Position numbers and translations under genes: made by a program. Below, one piece after another: positions 1 through 13,330 of a DNA stretch of 64,000 nt. The stretch covers positions 59,706,001 through 59,770,000 of the forward strand of contig CM052828.1 of NCBI GenBank assembly GCA_028534125.1, written 5' to 3'. The stretch's first letter is position 1. The number at the start of each line of letters is the position of its first letter. This stretch comes from Lama glama (lineage: Eukaryota). The notes under the pieces were generated by a model, which had not been told where the DNA came from, ran no database searches, and saw only the letters and a list, made by a program, of their open reading frames with translations.

Positions 1-1237
1 AGGGGAGGAACAGAGCCGCCAGGACCCGGGCAGCCATGGGCCCCCGCCCCCCAACACAAGGGACCGAAGATGAATTGACTTCCCCAAACTCTGACTCTCT
101 CATTGCCGTCAGTTTTTATTAGCAAGGCAAACTGGCCTTGAATTACTCGATGGGAGCTTTTGGCTCCGGGGGAGGAGCCCTCCCCCGAGAAAACCACTGC
201 TCACGGTTGAGGCGGCTCTCGACGGAGGCTGCGCTGCCGGCTTCTCCACAGAAACTGAGAAGCGGGGGGGGGGGGCAGCGTGTCTGGGGAGGCGCAGTCA
301 CACCAGCAGCTGGGGCGGGAGGCTCACGCGCTTCCTTCGCACTGTCAGTAACTATATAACAATCGTAACTGACCGTGTTTCTACAAAGCATTTGTCCCTG
401 GGCCCGTGGAAGTCATTCTTCCCAGCGGCCCTCTGGCTGTGAGAGATCTGGCCAAACGCCGTGAAGGGAGGCCCGTGTGATGGCGTGCTCCTTGCGCTCC
501 TGCACCACGTGGCCGCCAGCCCACTCACAGCTCACACGCTACAGGGATGGGGACGTTGCACTTTAAGTACACAATTTAGGGAAATACGGAACAGCAGATT
601 GTACCCTCAGGGTCCTCAGCTGATGTGACAGCTTCAGGGTCTTCATATGAACCAGGAGACCTCCCACAGCCCCTGCCCTGTCCACTCATTTGTAAGTCAA
701 CACAGATTGCTCTTCTAAAGCATTTTTAACACTTCTATCCTATGTATGGTGTTGACGCTGAATGCTTAGCAGAAAGACATGGGCTGATATTTGCAGGTGG
801 ACATTCAGCCCTGCGTATTGGCCTGTAGACCGATTTCTGTCCATGAATGTTTGCCGACCCACCAGTAAAAAGTGTCAGAAGGTGCCCCATGGGGGACCAC
901 AGAGGAGGCCAGGAGCAGCAGTCGTTGCAGCAATGGGTCCTGGGAACTTGCAAAGCAAACACAATAGGACACGGGTCAAATCAGAAGTCTCAGCTCAGAA
1001 AAGCAAAGCAGAAACAGCTGTGCGTGGACCGCCGGTGAGGCCTGAGAGCTGGGCCTGACCCCAGTCCTCGCCCCACCAGCCTCTCCTCCCCGCCGAGACA
1101 AATGCATCAGAAACCCCTATAGTGACTGCCCGGTGTTCTCAGTGTACAGCGGCTGGCTTCCCCAGAGCGTTCTAGCAGATGGTATCTGGGTCCTGGGATA
1201 AAGGAAACAGTTTACACACTTCTTTGTATTTGCGCAG

Positions 1238-1273
1238 GGCCCGCCTGGACCCCCTGGACCGAAAGGACAGCCA
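1238..1273 (+). CDS. COL4A2: COL4A2 exon 11 (36 bp) [12 protein letters not shown]
   Basis: ttgcgcag|GGC...CCA|gtaagt; Gly-X-Y. Confidence 0.93.
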
Positions 1274-3336
1274 GTAAGTCGGTTGTTGGGGGAGGGGAGG
1301 GAAGAGGGCCGCGTGCTTGTGAGCGCCCTCCTTGGCCGTGGGGCTGCTTGGCTGACAACTGTGTGTCGTTTATCTCATGATGAGGACCGTTCTGTAGGTT
1401 TTAAGGCTTCATGTTATAAATGCCAAGGACAACTCCAGCAGTGCCCCTGGACGGCCACTAGTGGGCGGGTATGTGGAGTGACTTGTTCGCACGTTGCGTA
1501 GCGTTCCTGCAGCTCCGTGAAGAGCCAGCTGATGAGGGTTTGACTAGACACGTAGGCCAGGCCGAGCTCGGGGCAGCGCGTGCTCACGACCCGCAGGTGC
1601 TGGTTTACGGAACGGACAAGGCGTCGCTGCAGGTGTGGGGCAGCCGATGGCCTTTGTGCCTGGGTGCAGGGAGAGCCTGCCAGAGTGTGATGTCCGCCTC
1701 TCGGGATGGAGTCAGTGAGCTTCAAGCCAGTCTGGGGCCCGAGCTGTACTGTTTTCATCAGAGAAAGATGACTCAGCTGGCTGAAGCACAGCAAAAGGGG
1801 CGGCTTGTTAGGAGCATGGAGGCGGAATTAGGGTTTAATGTGACCCAGGGAAGTTGGGTAAGTGTCCAGGACAAACAGTAGGAGGTTGGCGAGGGAAGTA
1901 TTTGGTCAAAACTCAACATGAGTCAGAAATACGGGGCCACCATTATGAATGTTTAAGACATTCCATGGCCCGCATGTGGCCCAGGACAACTCCTAGCCTG
2001 CCATTCCCATGCCTGCCCCGTGGAAACCCCATCTCTTTGACCCCCTGGGGACCTCAGCTGTCACCACCCCAGGCCCCAGCTCCCACCACCTCTGACCTGG
2101 CTTCCGGCTGCGGCTGGAGCTCATTAAGGATGCTGCCCACCCCCACCCCACCCCCCTGCCTGGCTCCCCACTGTCTAGCAGCCTGGAGCAGGCTGGGAAC
2201 AGCCCTGAGCCAAGAGGAGCGGATGTCGGACGGGGCAGCCGAGCCCCAAGGTCACCTCAGATCCCCGCTTGGCTGCAGCACAAACAGCCCTCACCCTCCA
2301 CTGTGTCACTTCCTGGAGACTCGGACATCAGCTCACGAGGCAGGGGGACCGCGGGGGCCCAGGCCAATGGCATTCTCCTCGAGCCTGGCTGTGTTTCTGT
2401 GCTTTGATTCCTGCTCCCAGCCAGGTGGGAAAGAAACAAAGCAAAAGCCAAAATTAATTAAAGGCTTGGTTTTCATCTTCAGAAACTCTGGGCATTGGAG
2501 GGGGGTGTACAGCATGGGGCAGAGAGAGATCAGACAGGGCCTTGCAGGAGCCTTTGTCACGACGGAAATGTAAGGTCCCTGGGAAGGGAGCAGAGCCATC
2601 GGGAAGTCAGAGAGCGGAGGGCTTCCTGTGATGCGCGTGGGTCTGTTGCATGGCCGTCTGCGTGGACTTCAGACGCTGTGTCCTCGTGCAACCCTCCTGC
2701 ACGTGGCAGCTCCCCTCGTGAAACGATCAAATACTTGCTGGGTCGCCAACCTCGCTTTGCAAACTCTTCAGCAAAAAAGATGAAAATCTGGGTAAATCCA
2801 AATCACTGAGAGGATGGGATATGTTTCTGTGGAAGTAGGGTTATCTCACCAAACTGAGAAGGTCTGAGGCAGAGGAGAGAATGAATCATGGTCTTTAAAG
2901 ATGGGACCCAAGGCGGGAAAAGGCTGCTTTCTGAGTCCAAAGGGGCCGGAACCCAAGGAAATGCTCTGAGCCTTTGCTGTCTAGAGCTGACGTAAGAGCG
3001 ACGAAGGCTCCGGGAGACCTGGGTCAGACCTGGTCTCCACCGCTTCTGAGTTAAGGGGCTTCGGTCCAGGGGTGGACACCTGCACTGTCTGCGGTGCCCA
3101 GACCCGCCGTGTGGTGCCAGGATGAAGAGGGAGCCCAGCCGTTGGCCGGGCTCTGGGTTCTCGCAGCCCAGCCTGCCAGTGTAGAACCAGCAGTGTCAAC
3201 TTCCTGGTCATCAGGAGGGTTGAGCGATAAAATAGTTTCCAAAAAGCAAATGACAGAGTGTTCCCCGGGGAGACAGAATATCTGCTCTCAGCCCACTATT
3301 TTTGAGGTTTTGTTTTGAGTTTAAAATACAGATTTT

Positions 3337-3451
3337 GGGGGAGGGGATAGCTCAGTGGTGCTTGGCACGCACGAGGTCCTGGGTTCAATCCCCAGTACCT
3401 CTGTTAAAAATAAATAAATAACTTGATTGCTCCCCCCCAAAAAAGGAAAAA
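3337..3451 (+). mobile_element. Camelid tRNA-derived SINE (Vic-1-like) with target-site duplication
   Basis: A box TAGCTCAGTGG, B box GGTTCAATCCC, A-rich tail; TSD taaaataca(g/a)attt at 3322-3335 and 3452-3465. Confidence 0.85.
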
Positions 3452-3870
3452 TAAAATACAAATTTCTTCAAGGCACAACTGTGTTAAAAGACGAGTTATA
3501 TCGCTTTTTGAACCCCAGAGTTGTCCATCCTTTAAGGCTGAGTCTCAGTGAACGCTCAGAATGCAGCAGGAAGGGCCACGTTCTGCAGCTGGCGCGGCAT
3601 CGCAGCTTGCTCCTGTTCGTACCGTGTGCAACGCGGGCTCACACGTTTGTTTGAGTCTGTGTGTGGAAATAGCCAAAGAAAGGCCAGTCATTTTCTTTCT
3701 GTGTCGCTTACTTCCCGGGAGCTGAAGCCGGAATACGGTGCAAGGACCGTTGTCCAGAAATGTTGCAAACACATAGGTCTTAGTTGCCTTTTTCTAAAAA
3801 AAAAATCACTACTTCTATTTCACTGTGATTGTGGACTTTTTAAACCTTACAGAAACCGTCTGTCTTGCAG

Positions 3871-3912
3871 GGCAACAGGGGACTTGGTTTCTACGGAGAA
3901 AAAGGTGAAAAG
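3871..3912 (+). CDS. COL4A2: COL4A2 exon 12 (42 bp) GNRGLGFYGEKGEK
   Basis: tcttgcag|GGC...AAG|gtaagg. Confidence 0.95.
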
Positions 3913-4776
3913 GTAAGGGAAGCTTCGCGGGCTGGATTAGGAAGCAGACCGTTTCAACGGCTGCGTTCTGTGCCGTCACCTGGGGCGCTCTGCAGACCAC
4001 CTCCCTAGGAACAGCCGCTGTGCAGTCAGAAGGCTGTGGTCAGCAGGACGGTCAAAGGCCCCGACCCCAGACGGAGACGCGGCGTCGGCGTCCTCAGCGC
4101 CCGGGAAGCCGAGGCGTTTCTCCGTGGCGTCCTCTGACATCTGGTATCCAGCGGTGACTGAGGAGCAGCGGTCAGGGTCACGGACACTCCTGCAGATCAG
4201 GGGCTTCCCACCTGTTTACCGTGTGAAAAAGCATCTCTCTGTGCTGATAACAATGCAAATGAAAGCGCCCCTGAGATGCTGTTTATGAAAGCTGCTGCTC
4301 TTTATTATAGATTTAAAAAAAACGTATCTGGTAGAGTAGTGGTGGAATGGAGTGGTCTTCCATTTCTTAGGCGTTTCTTGTGTCTCAGGACCAATCTTAA
4401 ATCAGTGAGTCCACAGCAGAAACCACCAGGACATGTAGCCTCCAGGCCTAAGAATTTCCTTGTGTAGAAATTCACGGTGAGGTGGTAATTCCGCGGAAGC
4501 CAGCGCATTCCCAAACTGTGAACCGCCTAAGCAGCTTGTATGCATACATTCTAAGTGATTATTAATGCAAGTAGGAATCAATTTTGCATTATGACCGTTT
4601 TATTTTATAAGTGATTTTTACACTACATTGTGACTATAATGCCGTGAAATTGGTTTCCGTGTAATAAGTAACATGCAAGGATGAAGCCAGCAATTTGTGG
4701 TGGAGCATGCTTGTTTTCAACCTCGATCGCGTCTCCTCAATTTAAAGACGAGGCTGCTTTGCTAAACCATTCACAG

Positions 4777-4875
4777 GGTGACATGGGACAGCCGGGACCC
4801 AACGGGATTCCGTCAGACAACCAACGTGCCATCATTGGGCCCACGAAGGAGACGATCCACCTAGATCAGTATAAG
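4777..4875 (+). CDS. COL4A2: COL4A2 exon 13 (99 bp) [33 protein letters not shown], includes a helix interruption
   Basis: ttcacag|GGT...AAG|gtaaag; lies in ORF 4681..4962. Confidence 0.95.
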
Positions 4876-5135
4876 GTAAAGGGGCTTCAGCAAAATGGCT
4901 TATTCCCAGTTGAAATAGAAAAAAAAAAAAAAAGAAGAAGGAAAAACGGTAACATTCTTTGATCTTACAGAAACAATCACGTTCAAAGTGGGAAAGCCCT
5001 CGCTGACAAATTGGCAGAGTACACATGAAAACACTGCTCACGGTCCCATAGGTGTATCCGTCCGTCGTTGTAAATAATTGTGATGAATTTGAAACGACAC
5101 AAGAATCCATTTTAAGAAATTTCAAATCCAGGAGA

Positions 5136-5226
5136 TCAGGGTATAGCTCAAGGGCAGAGCACGTGCTCAGCGTGGACAAGGTCCTAGGTTCATTCCCCAA
5201 TACTCCCATTAAACATGAAACAAAAC
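5136..5226 (+). mobile_element. Diverged Vic-1-like SINE
   Basis: gggtatagctcaagggcagagcacgtgctcagc...gtcctaggttcattcccc plus A-rich tail. Confidence 0.75.
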
Positions 5227-6382
5227 TTTTTGAAAACACTGCTCCAAAAACTAAACTGAGTATAAAAAAATCTCGAACCATCCAAAGTCTCTAGCGTAGA
5301 CCTAGGTTGGCGGTCGGGGCGCAGGTCAACACCGCGATGTGGACTGTGGGAACCAAATGTATTCGGCAAAATAAAACCTACTTTTCACTCTTCGCTGACG
5401 CGGACCACTGTGGTGGGCTTTTTGGATTGAAGTCAGCTTTCTGATTCTTACCATTTCTATTAATGTTTTGTTTGATTAAAAGCATCTTCTTGGAGTCCAC
5501 AAAAATTAACACCCTGCTCTACCGCTCACTGGCTCACACAGCCCACTTGCCCTTCCTGAGCCTGAGTCTGCTTGTGATGAACGAAGGTTGCAGCCCTGAC
5601 CTCGGGTTGCACTGACCTCGCGGAGCGGCGGAGCGGACACCGGGGCGGAACGCTCCTGCGAGGTCGTGGGAACCCAAGTGAAAGCCCCGAACGTGGAAGG
5701 TGGTTCCCATCTCTCGGGCGTCTGTCAGGAAGCCGGGTCGCGCATGGGAGCAGGCAGGGCAGGCGGGACCACGGCCACGGGGAAGTCAGCCCGGCAGCTG
5801 CGGCTGTTCGGCTGTTACGAGCAACGCGGCCACTCACAAAAGTGACCTGGGAGGTGGCTGGGTGGGGCCAGAGGAGGCGGTTACGTGTCCAGGTGCTGGC
5901 CTAGGACTGATGGGGGGAAGGACCCTGCCCGGCACTATTTCTTTCCTCGTTTTAGACCAAAAGGAGAGGGAGACATCGACCGTGTAGGACTGACCTTGCT
6001 TTCTAAGGCCACTTCTGCTCAGGGTTTTAACACATCCCAAAGGAGCTGCTTCCTCCGAGGACCCTCCTGATAAGAGCTCTCCCTCAAACGGACACCGTCA
6101 CTGGGGGTCTCCCTGGCCTTGCTGCCTGCCGCTGTGGGTGCAGAAGGAAACTGCACAGATGGGAGAGAGACCGACTAACACGTGATTTCATTTATGTGGG
6201 AAAATCCAGCAGAAGTAGCCCCTTGTTCCCCTTGAATGTTGAAGCTGCGAAGTTCGGGAGTCGTGCTACAGCTCATTTCTAACCATCGTTTCCAGGGTTT
6301 AAGGAAGACAATTCAAACTCTGATGCCCTTTAAGTGTTACTGTTCTTAATTAACGAGCATTCCTTGTTTATGTTCTTTACAG

Positions 6383-6418
6383 GGCGAAAAAGGAAGCGAG
6401 GGGGAGCCAGGAGGAAAG
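6383..6418 (+). CDS. COL4A2: COL4A2 exon 14 (36 bp) GEKGSEGEPGGK
   Basis: ttctttacag|GGC...AAG|gtaagt. Confidence 0.95.
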
Positions 6419-6978
6419 GTAAGTCAGGATGAAGATGCCGCTCTCTCTGGGTGGCTCCCAGTGTCTGAGTGCTCCTGTCACAGTGGGAATGGGCCCAGAT
6501 GGTACCGACCCACGGACCCTCAGTTTCCAGCCCATTTGTCTACAGCAGGAAAGCACTATTATTTCTTACGCTATTTTTCAGAAGGCAGTTTTAGAATGTC
6601 TTCTTTCTGCAGAGTCGACACCAGCTAATCAACACCTTGTGTCGTTCATAAATGACCCTAAGGAAGATGTGCGCTGGGGGGGTGGGCAGGAGGGATGGCG
6701 GTGTCCATGCGGGTTCCGGCCGTGCGGTTGCTCTGCCCTCCCTGACCTGGGTCGGGCCTGCCCGCGTGGCCCCACTTCCCCCAGTCACTCACTCGGTGAC
6801 GACGACAGGCGATGTGCTGGGTGGATGGACCGCCGAGGTCCCAGCCACAACCCGCCGTGCGCGGAGGTGGACCAAAGATGCAGGGGCAGGCTGGCCGCGG
6901 CCAGGGCGCCGAGGCTAGAGCCCCGAGTGGGTGGAGCGTGAGGCATGGGCATCCTCAGGTCTCCCTGTTCTCTCCTAG

Positions 6979-7029
6979 GGCATCTCCTTGAAGGGGGAAG
7001 AAGGCGTCGTGGGCTTCTCAGGAGCACGG
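6979..7029 (+). CDS. COL4A2: COL4A2 exon 15 (51 bp) GISLKGEEGVVGFSGAR
   Basis: tctcctag|GGC...CGG|gtgagc. Confidence 0.95.
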
Positions 7030-7070
7030 GTGAGCCAGCCCGCAGTGCCTGCTGTTCGCTCTGTATTGCT

Positions 7071-7275
7071 TTGGTTTTTTAGACATTTTAAAAAATTTTT
7101 TGTATGGAAGTATAGTTGATGTACAATAATATATGCTACAGGTGTACAACATAGAGATTCACGGAGTTTAAAGGCTGCCCTCCACTTACAGTCATTATAA
7201 AATTGTGGCTCAATTCCCTGTGTTGGGCAGTATCTCCTTGTGGCTTATTTTATACGTGAGAGTTTGCACCTAGAT
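7071..7275 (-). mobile_element. L1 3' end fragment
   Basis: T-rich tail, then gaagtatagttgatgtacaat...caggtgtacaacatag, typical of an antisense L1 3' UTR. Confidence 0.7.
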
Positions 7276-8040
7276 TTTCCACCCACCCGCCTCCTCGCCC
7301 ACACACAGCTTCCCCCACTGCTGGGGTCCCGCACTCCAGGGATCCGCTGGCTGTGCCCGAGAGCCTGCGCTGACTGACACGCAACTGTCAGCCAGCGGCC
7401 GGGTGCTCGGGACCGCACCTCCACCTGGCGGGCCGGCACAGATCTCAAAGCGCTTCTGCCGTATCAGCTAAGCTGAACTACCCAGTGGAAGCAAAAGCAC
7501 AGGCTGTCTCCAAGAAGCTGACTTCTTGTTGCCCTAAAAGTCCAACAAAAATGTGCCTGGTGGGGCGAGCGGCGGGGGTGCCTCCTCCTGCGGAGGCGTG
7601 GCCACCTGTCACTCCCGGGCCCGAGGGCAGGCCTCCCTCCCTCGGCCAGAACTCGGTCAGCCGCCAAACCCAGCCCAGGTGAGCTGGAAACTGGGCGAGA
7701 GCCAGGCGCCAGGAAGAGAGAGAATGGCCTCATGGTGACTCTCTGGGGGCCACTGCCGCTCAGAGGACATGTTGCAGTCTCCAAAACAGGAGCAGAGACT
7801 CCGGGAGCCTGGGTGCACGCCCGTTTCTGCACCGTTTCTGCAGGCGGTGGACGTGGTGCACTACAGGAGGGTGACGCTAGGGTGACCCCCTCCTCCAGAA
7901 AATTCAAGGAGGCTCCCGAGGGCCCTGTGCCTTCACAGCGAAGTGTTTACTTTGGTCCACGTCAGGTGCGTCACGCAGCCTCCAGGAATGTTCACTGCGT
8001 ATTCTGAGCTCTTGTCTCTTCTGTTTTCTGTTCCACCCAG

Positions 8041-8085
8041 GGTGCCCCTGGCTTCGACGGTGAGAAAGGTTCGCTGGGAGAGAAA
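8041..8085 (+). CDS. COL4A2: COL4A2 exon 16 (45 bp) GAPGFDGEKGSLGEK
   Basis: ttccacccag|GGT...AAA|gtaagt. Confidence 0.94.
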
Positions 8086-10619
8086 GTAAGTTGGATGCCT
8101 GACACGCAGTCTGCTCTGGGCCTGAAACAGCTTACAAAAGTCAAATATGAAGACTGTGGTAGCCCCTGGAAAAAGTGCCCCCAGAAAAAACGTCTATACC
8201 TTCCCCACATTCACAATAGCAGTAATAACCCTTCCTAGCCAATCATACAAGACGCGTAAGTGAACTCATTTCCCTTTTCCCTTGTCTTGCAAGCCAGCCC
8301 TCGGGGCCCCTCCCTCCAGGCCGCCCATCGCCCCGCCCCCGCGAGTCGGCCCCCTCCTCTGTGTCCCCCCGAGCCCCCCTCAGGAAGGTTGTCATGTGGT
8401 GGCCACGGGTCCGCCCACGTTTTTTATGCATTGATCTCTCACGTTTGACACTTGCTTTTATCTTCAGTGATGATTCGTTATTTTTATCATATGTTTGGTG
8501 GACAGATTTTTGGCCATTTGGTTGGAAGAAAATGTCACGTGAGAAATGTCTCACGAATCTGGATCATACTTCGAGCTGCTTGAACGCTGGGTCACATGAG
8601 CAAGCACACATAGAAATTGCTTTCTCAAGTAATGACTCATTTATTTTCACTACTCGCTGTCTTCACCAGCTCGGGCGTAGGATGTGCAGCCCCCCGCCCG
8701 CCGCAGACCCCCTGCAGGCCCCCCGAGACGGCCGCGTGGGTTCAGCCGCGTGGGGTTCAGCTGCGTGCTCGCACGGGTGGGGGCGTGTGTTATTACACAC
8801 ACGCAGTTTAAGCCCCGAAAGTGAATGTGTCTGTGCTGTTCTGCTGCCTGTGTTTCTCGCCCGACGTGCTTGGAGGCTTTCCCACAGCAGCACGCACCCC
8901 CTGCACGGTTCTGCCAACCGGCCGCTCGGACCCAAGTAAACACGTTGCACCGCATTTGCTTAACGAGCCCCTGCTGGTGCTTTCCCGCCGCTGGCTGCTC
9001 CACGCGCGTGCAGTCAGCATTAGGGTGCACACATCTTGGTGCCTGCGGGCCAGCATTTCCATAATTCAGTCCTAGGAGGTGCCTAGAAACATACTTTTAA
9101 AGATCGATTCAGCCTCTGAATCATGGCGCCGTTGAGTCCTGCTCACGACTCCATCACAGGAGGTAGTGTGACATCTGGGGAACCCCAGTGTCCCCCCACC
9201 TCTACTGTTGTATCTGCCTCCAAGAAATGCGAAGGGAACAGTTTAGATCATTGTTTTGATTCTTGGGGGTCCCGCTGCCGGTGGCCTCAGATGAGCCGTG
9301 GGGGTGCATTTTTCCCTTTCCTCTGCTGAGTGGTACCTTCCACACAATACTCAGCCCACGCCGACCCCCCCCCCCCGGCAGTTCGTCTGCTGCTGAGAAC
9401 TCCCAGGGACGCGTGCGACCACAGTTCCGGCTCTTGGAATTCCCGGTGACTGGGATTCCAGCTGCCAGAGGTCTCCGGGGAGTCCTGACTGCCAGTTACT
9501 TTTCCCCTTTCTCCAGCTGGTTTTCTTCTGAGAAGTTAATTCCCAGCTGTTCGGACATATTTTACAAGTGTTAGTGCTCTTTGGGCTTACTCGACGTGGC
9601 CAGCAGGCGGCCAGCACTCGGTATCTGGGGACACTTGTTAAGGCTCGTTGCTGGTGTCGCAGCGTGGCTGGGCCGTGCTGGGTGGCGCAGAAGGTCCTGT
9701 AGCGTTGTTTGAGCTGCTCCGTTGTGCCGGCGCTGGACGCCGCTTGGAGGGGATGCCTGGCTCCGTCTCCCCAGTCACTCTGAGCCCTGAAGAGGTCCTA
9801 GCCCACCGCAGGGGTGGACTCGAAGTAGGAGATCACTCTTAGTATCAGAGAAACTTGCCATCACTTCGGAATCTTCAGCCCCACTGGTGTGAGAGAAGAT
9901 CAGTCCACACCATAGCCCCCAGGCCCCCTCGATGAAAAACACAAACCAGTCTTAGTTCATTCTGAACAGCATGATTTTCAGCATTCATGGTCCTGGGTTT
10001 CAAAACTCCCTGTAAAATAATCAGATAGTGGACATTTCTGCGCCGCTGGCGCTCTGACCTGGGGGCCGTGCTGTAGCTGTTCTTTAGCAAGAGCGAATAC
10101 ATTTCTAGGTTTTTTTAAAAAAATCCTTACATACCTGTCCAGATACGATGTGGCTCATAAGGATAAACTGTGTCTTTCAATCCATATTCAAGGGAATTAG
10201 AAAGCAGAGATCTGCATTAAAGATTTTTTAAGTGAAGAGCAAAAAATTCTGAAGTAAGAGGCATACTGCTTCTAGTTGGTGTGAACTAACATTTTTCAAC
10301 ACCCATCTTGGAAGAAGGTTCTAATAGATGGATCAGGTTGTCACCACCGGCCCCCACTGGACAATCGTTAAAATCCCCACGGGGGGGGGGGCAGCCGGCG
10401 TGTGTGCCCAGGGTGACGTGGCAGGGAGCACTGGGGACCTGCCGGCAACGGGTCTCGCTCAAAAGACGACTGACCAGCAGTTTAGAGGAAACCTGGGCAG
10501 GGGGCTTGGGTGGGGGGCTCACACTGCACAGCCCCGTGAGGACGGAGTGGACAAATCCCCAGGGAGGGTGCTTGCCGTTCCAGTGGCCCAGTTTCTTCAA
10601 CAGCAACAACAAAAAGGTA

Positions 10620-10845
10620 CTAAGACGGAAGAAAGGAAAACTGTTAGAAATTACAAGCATATTAAGAGACATAGCAGCCAAATGTCATATTCCAACTTTT
10701 TTTGAATCCTGATTCAAACAAAGTAACTTTAAAGAGACATCTTTGAGACTTAAATCAGAGAAAATTGAAAAGATGGATAGTAGGTGATTTTAAGGAATTA
10801 TTGTTAATTCTGTCAGGTATAAGGTACTGCGGTCACATCTTTAAA
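10620..10845 (+). mobile_element. Old L1M (L1ME-like) 3' remnant close to the exon 17 acceptor
   Basis: gaatcctgattcaaacaaa...taaggaattattgttaatt motifs; boundaries approximate. Confidence 0.5.
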
Positions 10846-10890
10846 TTGCATTTTAGAGATAAAACTGAGCACCAAACATCTTTCCTGCAG

Positions 10891-10944
10891 GGAAGCCGAG
10901 GACTAGACGGTTACCAAGGACCTGACGGATACCCAGGACCCAAG
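10891..10944 (+). CDS. COL4A2: COL4A2 exon 17 (54 bp) GSRGLDGYQGPDGYPGPK
   Basis: tttcctgcag|GGA...AAG|gtgggc. Confidence 0.95.
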
Positions 10945-11881
10945 GTGGGCTCGGCTTCCTTCCAGATGGCTTCCACTTCCTTCTTCTGGGTGGCGCTCTG
11001 ACCACCTCCCGGCCACCTGCGGTCCACCCACCTCGCCTGCTGGGAAAGCAGGCGTCCTCCATCCTGTGTGCTGTCATGTGATGTATGTAACACACAGCAC
11101 CCGGCACTGGGATGAGGCGGACGTTCGCTCGTTAGTCACCCGTGTTCCAGCCTCAGGATGCCGCGTGCCGCGTGGAGGTGGCGCTTGGGACTGCACCCCA
11201 CCCTGAGCAGAGCAAACCCGGGGGCTGAGAGAGGCAGATGCTGTAGTAACAAGAGGGTGGGGTGCCCCCTGTTTCCCCGGAGAGACGTGATGGCTTGTTT
11301 GAATAATCCCAGGGGCTGGCAGGGAGGTTGAGGACGGGGGAGGGGGCGGGGCGCAGTGGCTCCAGCTGGTGGGGAACTAGCCAGGCTGGGGGGTGCGCAT
11401 CCCACCAGGTTGGGGCACAGCCATTGAGGATGGGGGACTCGCGGTTGGGCCCTCAGGACCCCATGAGGCTCGGAGACGTCAGGGCAGCCTGTGGAGTTTC
11501 AGGTGTCACAATCTGGACGGTGTCAAGTCAGGTGCAGCCCAGCCCCCAGCTCGCCCCGACGGGCGGCTCAGGTGGGGTCATCAACACCGACGAGTCTGCC
11601 CTGAGGAGGGAGACTGCCCGGCCACTTCCAGGGTTTGACGAGGGTCTCAGAGTGAGGTGGTCACCTGCCCGCTTTGCTCTCTGCTGGTGTGCCTGCCTGG
11701 CGGCTGGGGTGCCTGGCTCGTCAGCGCGGCACAGTGGGCCTGGGGCCTGGGCCCGGTCGGTGGAGCTGGGACTCAGAACAGCCCCTGCCAGGCTCATGCT
11801 CCGCGTTTGGTTTTACTCTTTGGAAACACGCAGTGACCAGAACTCCAGACAGCCTGCTGTCCCCCTCTTTTCTTTCTCCAG

Positions 11882-11948
11882 GGAGAAACGGGAGACCCAG
11901 GGCCCCCCGGCCCGCCGGCCTACTCCCCTCACCCGTCCCTGGCCAAAG
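11882..11948 (+). CDS. COL4A2: COL4A2 exon 18 (67 bp) [22 protein letters not shown](G)
   Basis: tttctccag|GGA...AAAG|gtcggt. Confidence 0.94.
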
Positions 11949-12629
11949 GTCGGTGTGCGTTTGTCCTGTGTGTTCATGTCTGTTGCAGACAGAGTCAGGG
12001 ACTTGCGAGAAAGATGTTCTAAGCTAAATGAAACAACACAAACAACAACAACAACAAAGCCAAGGGGTTTAGCACTTAAGCGTCAGAGGGTCTCAGTCTT
12101 GGGTACCACTTCCCGGGGGTTCAGTGGGACATCACAGGGAAGCATTCGCTCTGTCTCTGCCTGAGAGCACACCCTCGACCTTCCACCCCGGGAGAGGCTT
12201 TCATTTCAAAACACCCTGTGCAGGTTCTGGTCCTGGGGAGCAGGGTGCTCCTGCTTTCAGGTGTGAAGCCCAGAACTGACCACAGTCCATAACCTGGGAA
12301 TTGTCACATCCTTTTAAAATTCAAAGAACTAAAGCCCCAGCTTTGCAGCTGAGCTCATACTGGAAGACGCTCCCATGGTCACAGTGGACCCCTGTGTGTC
12401 AGTGAAGGAAGGGTTCTGCAGGTGTTGTGGCTTGTGCGCTTCCCATTAGTGTCGCTCAGCCTTCCGATCTGGACCATCTGTTGGCATAGGATTCTAATTC
12501 TGCACTTACAGCAGTGGTCTCTGAACTTTTCGAATGTGCATCCTTCCAGGTTAAAAAAAAAAAAACTTGTTTTCGGCACTCCTCCAAATAGTCTTATGGA
12601 TATTTGTTTGTGGATGTTGATTCCATGTT

Positions 12630-12748
12630 ACAGGACATTCCATGAGGGCAAGGGTTTTAGCCATGCAGTCACTGCTGCATCCCCAGTTCCTAGAGCAGTA
12701 CGAGGCACATGGTCCGTGCTCAGTAAGTACCACCTGAAGGACTGAATT
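12630..12748 (+). mobile_element. L2 3' end fragment
   Basis: catgagggcaaggg...cactgctgcatccccagttcctagagcagta...gctcagtaa. Confidence 0.6.
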
Positions 12749-13330
12749 CTGTACCTGCTAAAATACACACATCACATAGGGATTTTAAAGGGTGATATTT
12801 TTTAGAATAAAGACGCTCTGCTGTTTCCTCCTAGCACACCCCCCCCCTTACATGCGTCTGGGCTCAAGGGCTCACCGTCCTGCTCAGGTATGAACCATCT
12901 GCTGGTTTAGTAGCTACTTTTGTGTGTCTTAATCCAATGTTGATGAGACCATAGACAGAGCAGGGCCGAAGACAGGGCCTGCGGGGTCCCCTCGAGATTT
13001 CTCTCCAGGGCGACATCAAACCATCGACGAGTGTATTTTGAATAAACTCTACACCCGGAGTCCACCCTCTGTGGGGCCAGCTTCCCCTCCTCCTCTGGGG
13101 GGCCCAATGCGTCTGACAAGCTGAAACCCCAGGGGCTGAACATGAGGTTGACTGACTGTTGGCAATTTTGCTAAAATGAAAGTCATGTGTTTGAGGCTTT
13201 GGGAACTGAATTTTTTTTATTTTGCAACCCACTTTATAATTTTGTTTTTATTAAGTGAAAGGTTCTTTAAATTCTATAGTGCTTTACGAAGTTCAGAGGT
13301 TTCACACCCATGACTTCGCACAGTCCCACG

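Noticed and set aside
3337-3400. tRNA genes at A/B-box sequences (also 47654 and 60340)
   Set aside because: A-rich tails, target-site duplications and divergence identify them as SINEs, not tRNAs.
11328-12164. Long intronic ORFs (278 aa here; also 1854..2573, 19048..19695, 26569..27369)
   Set aside because: No recognisable domains, composition typical of GC-rich non-coding DNA, and many start at non-ATG codons.
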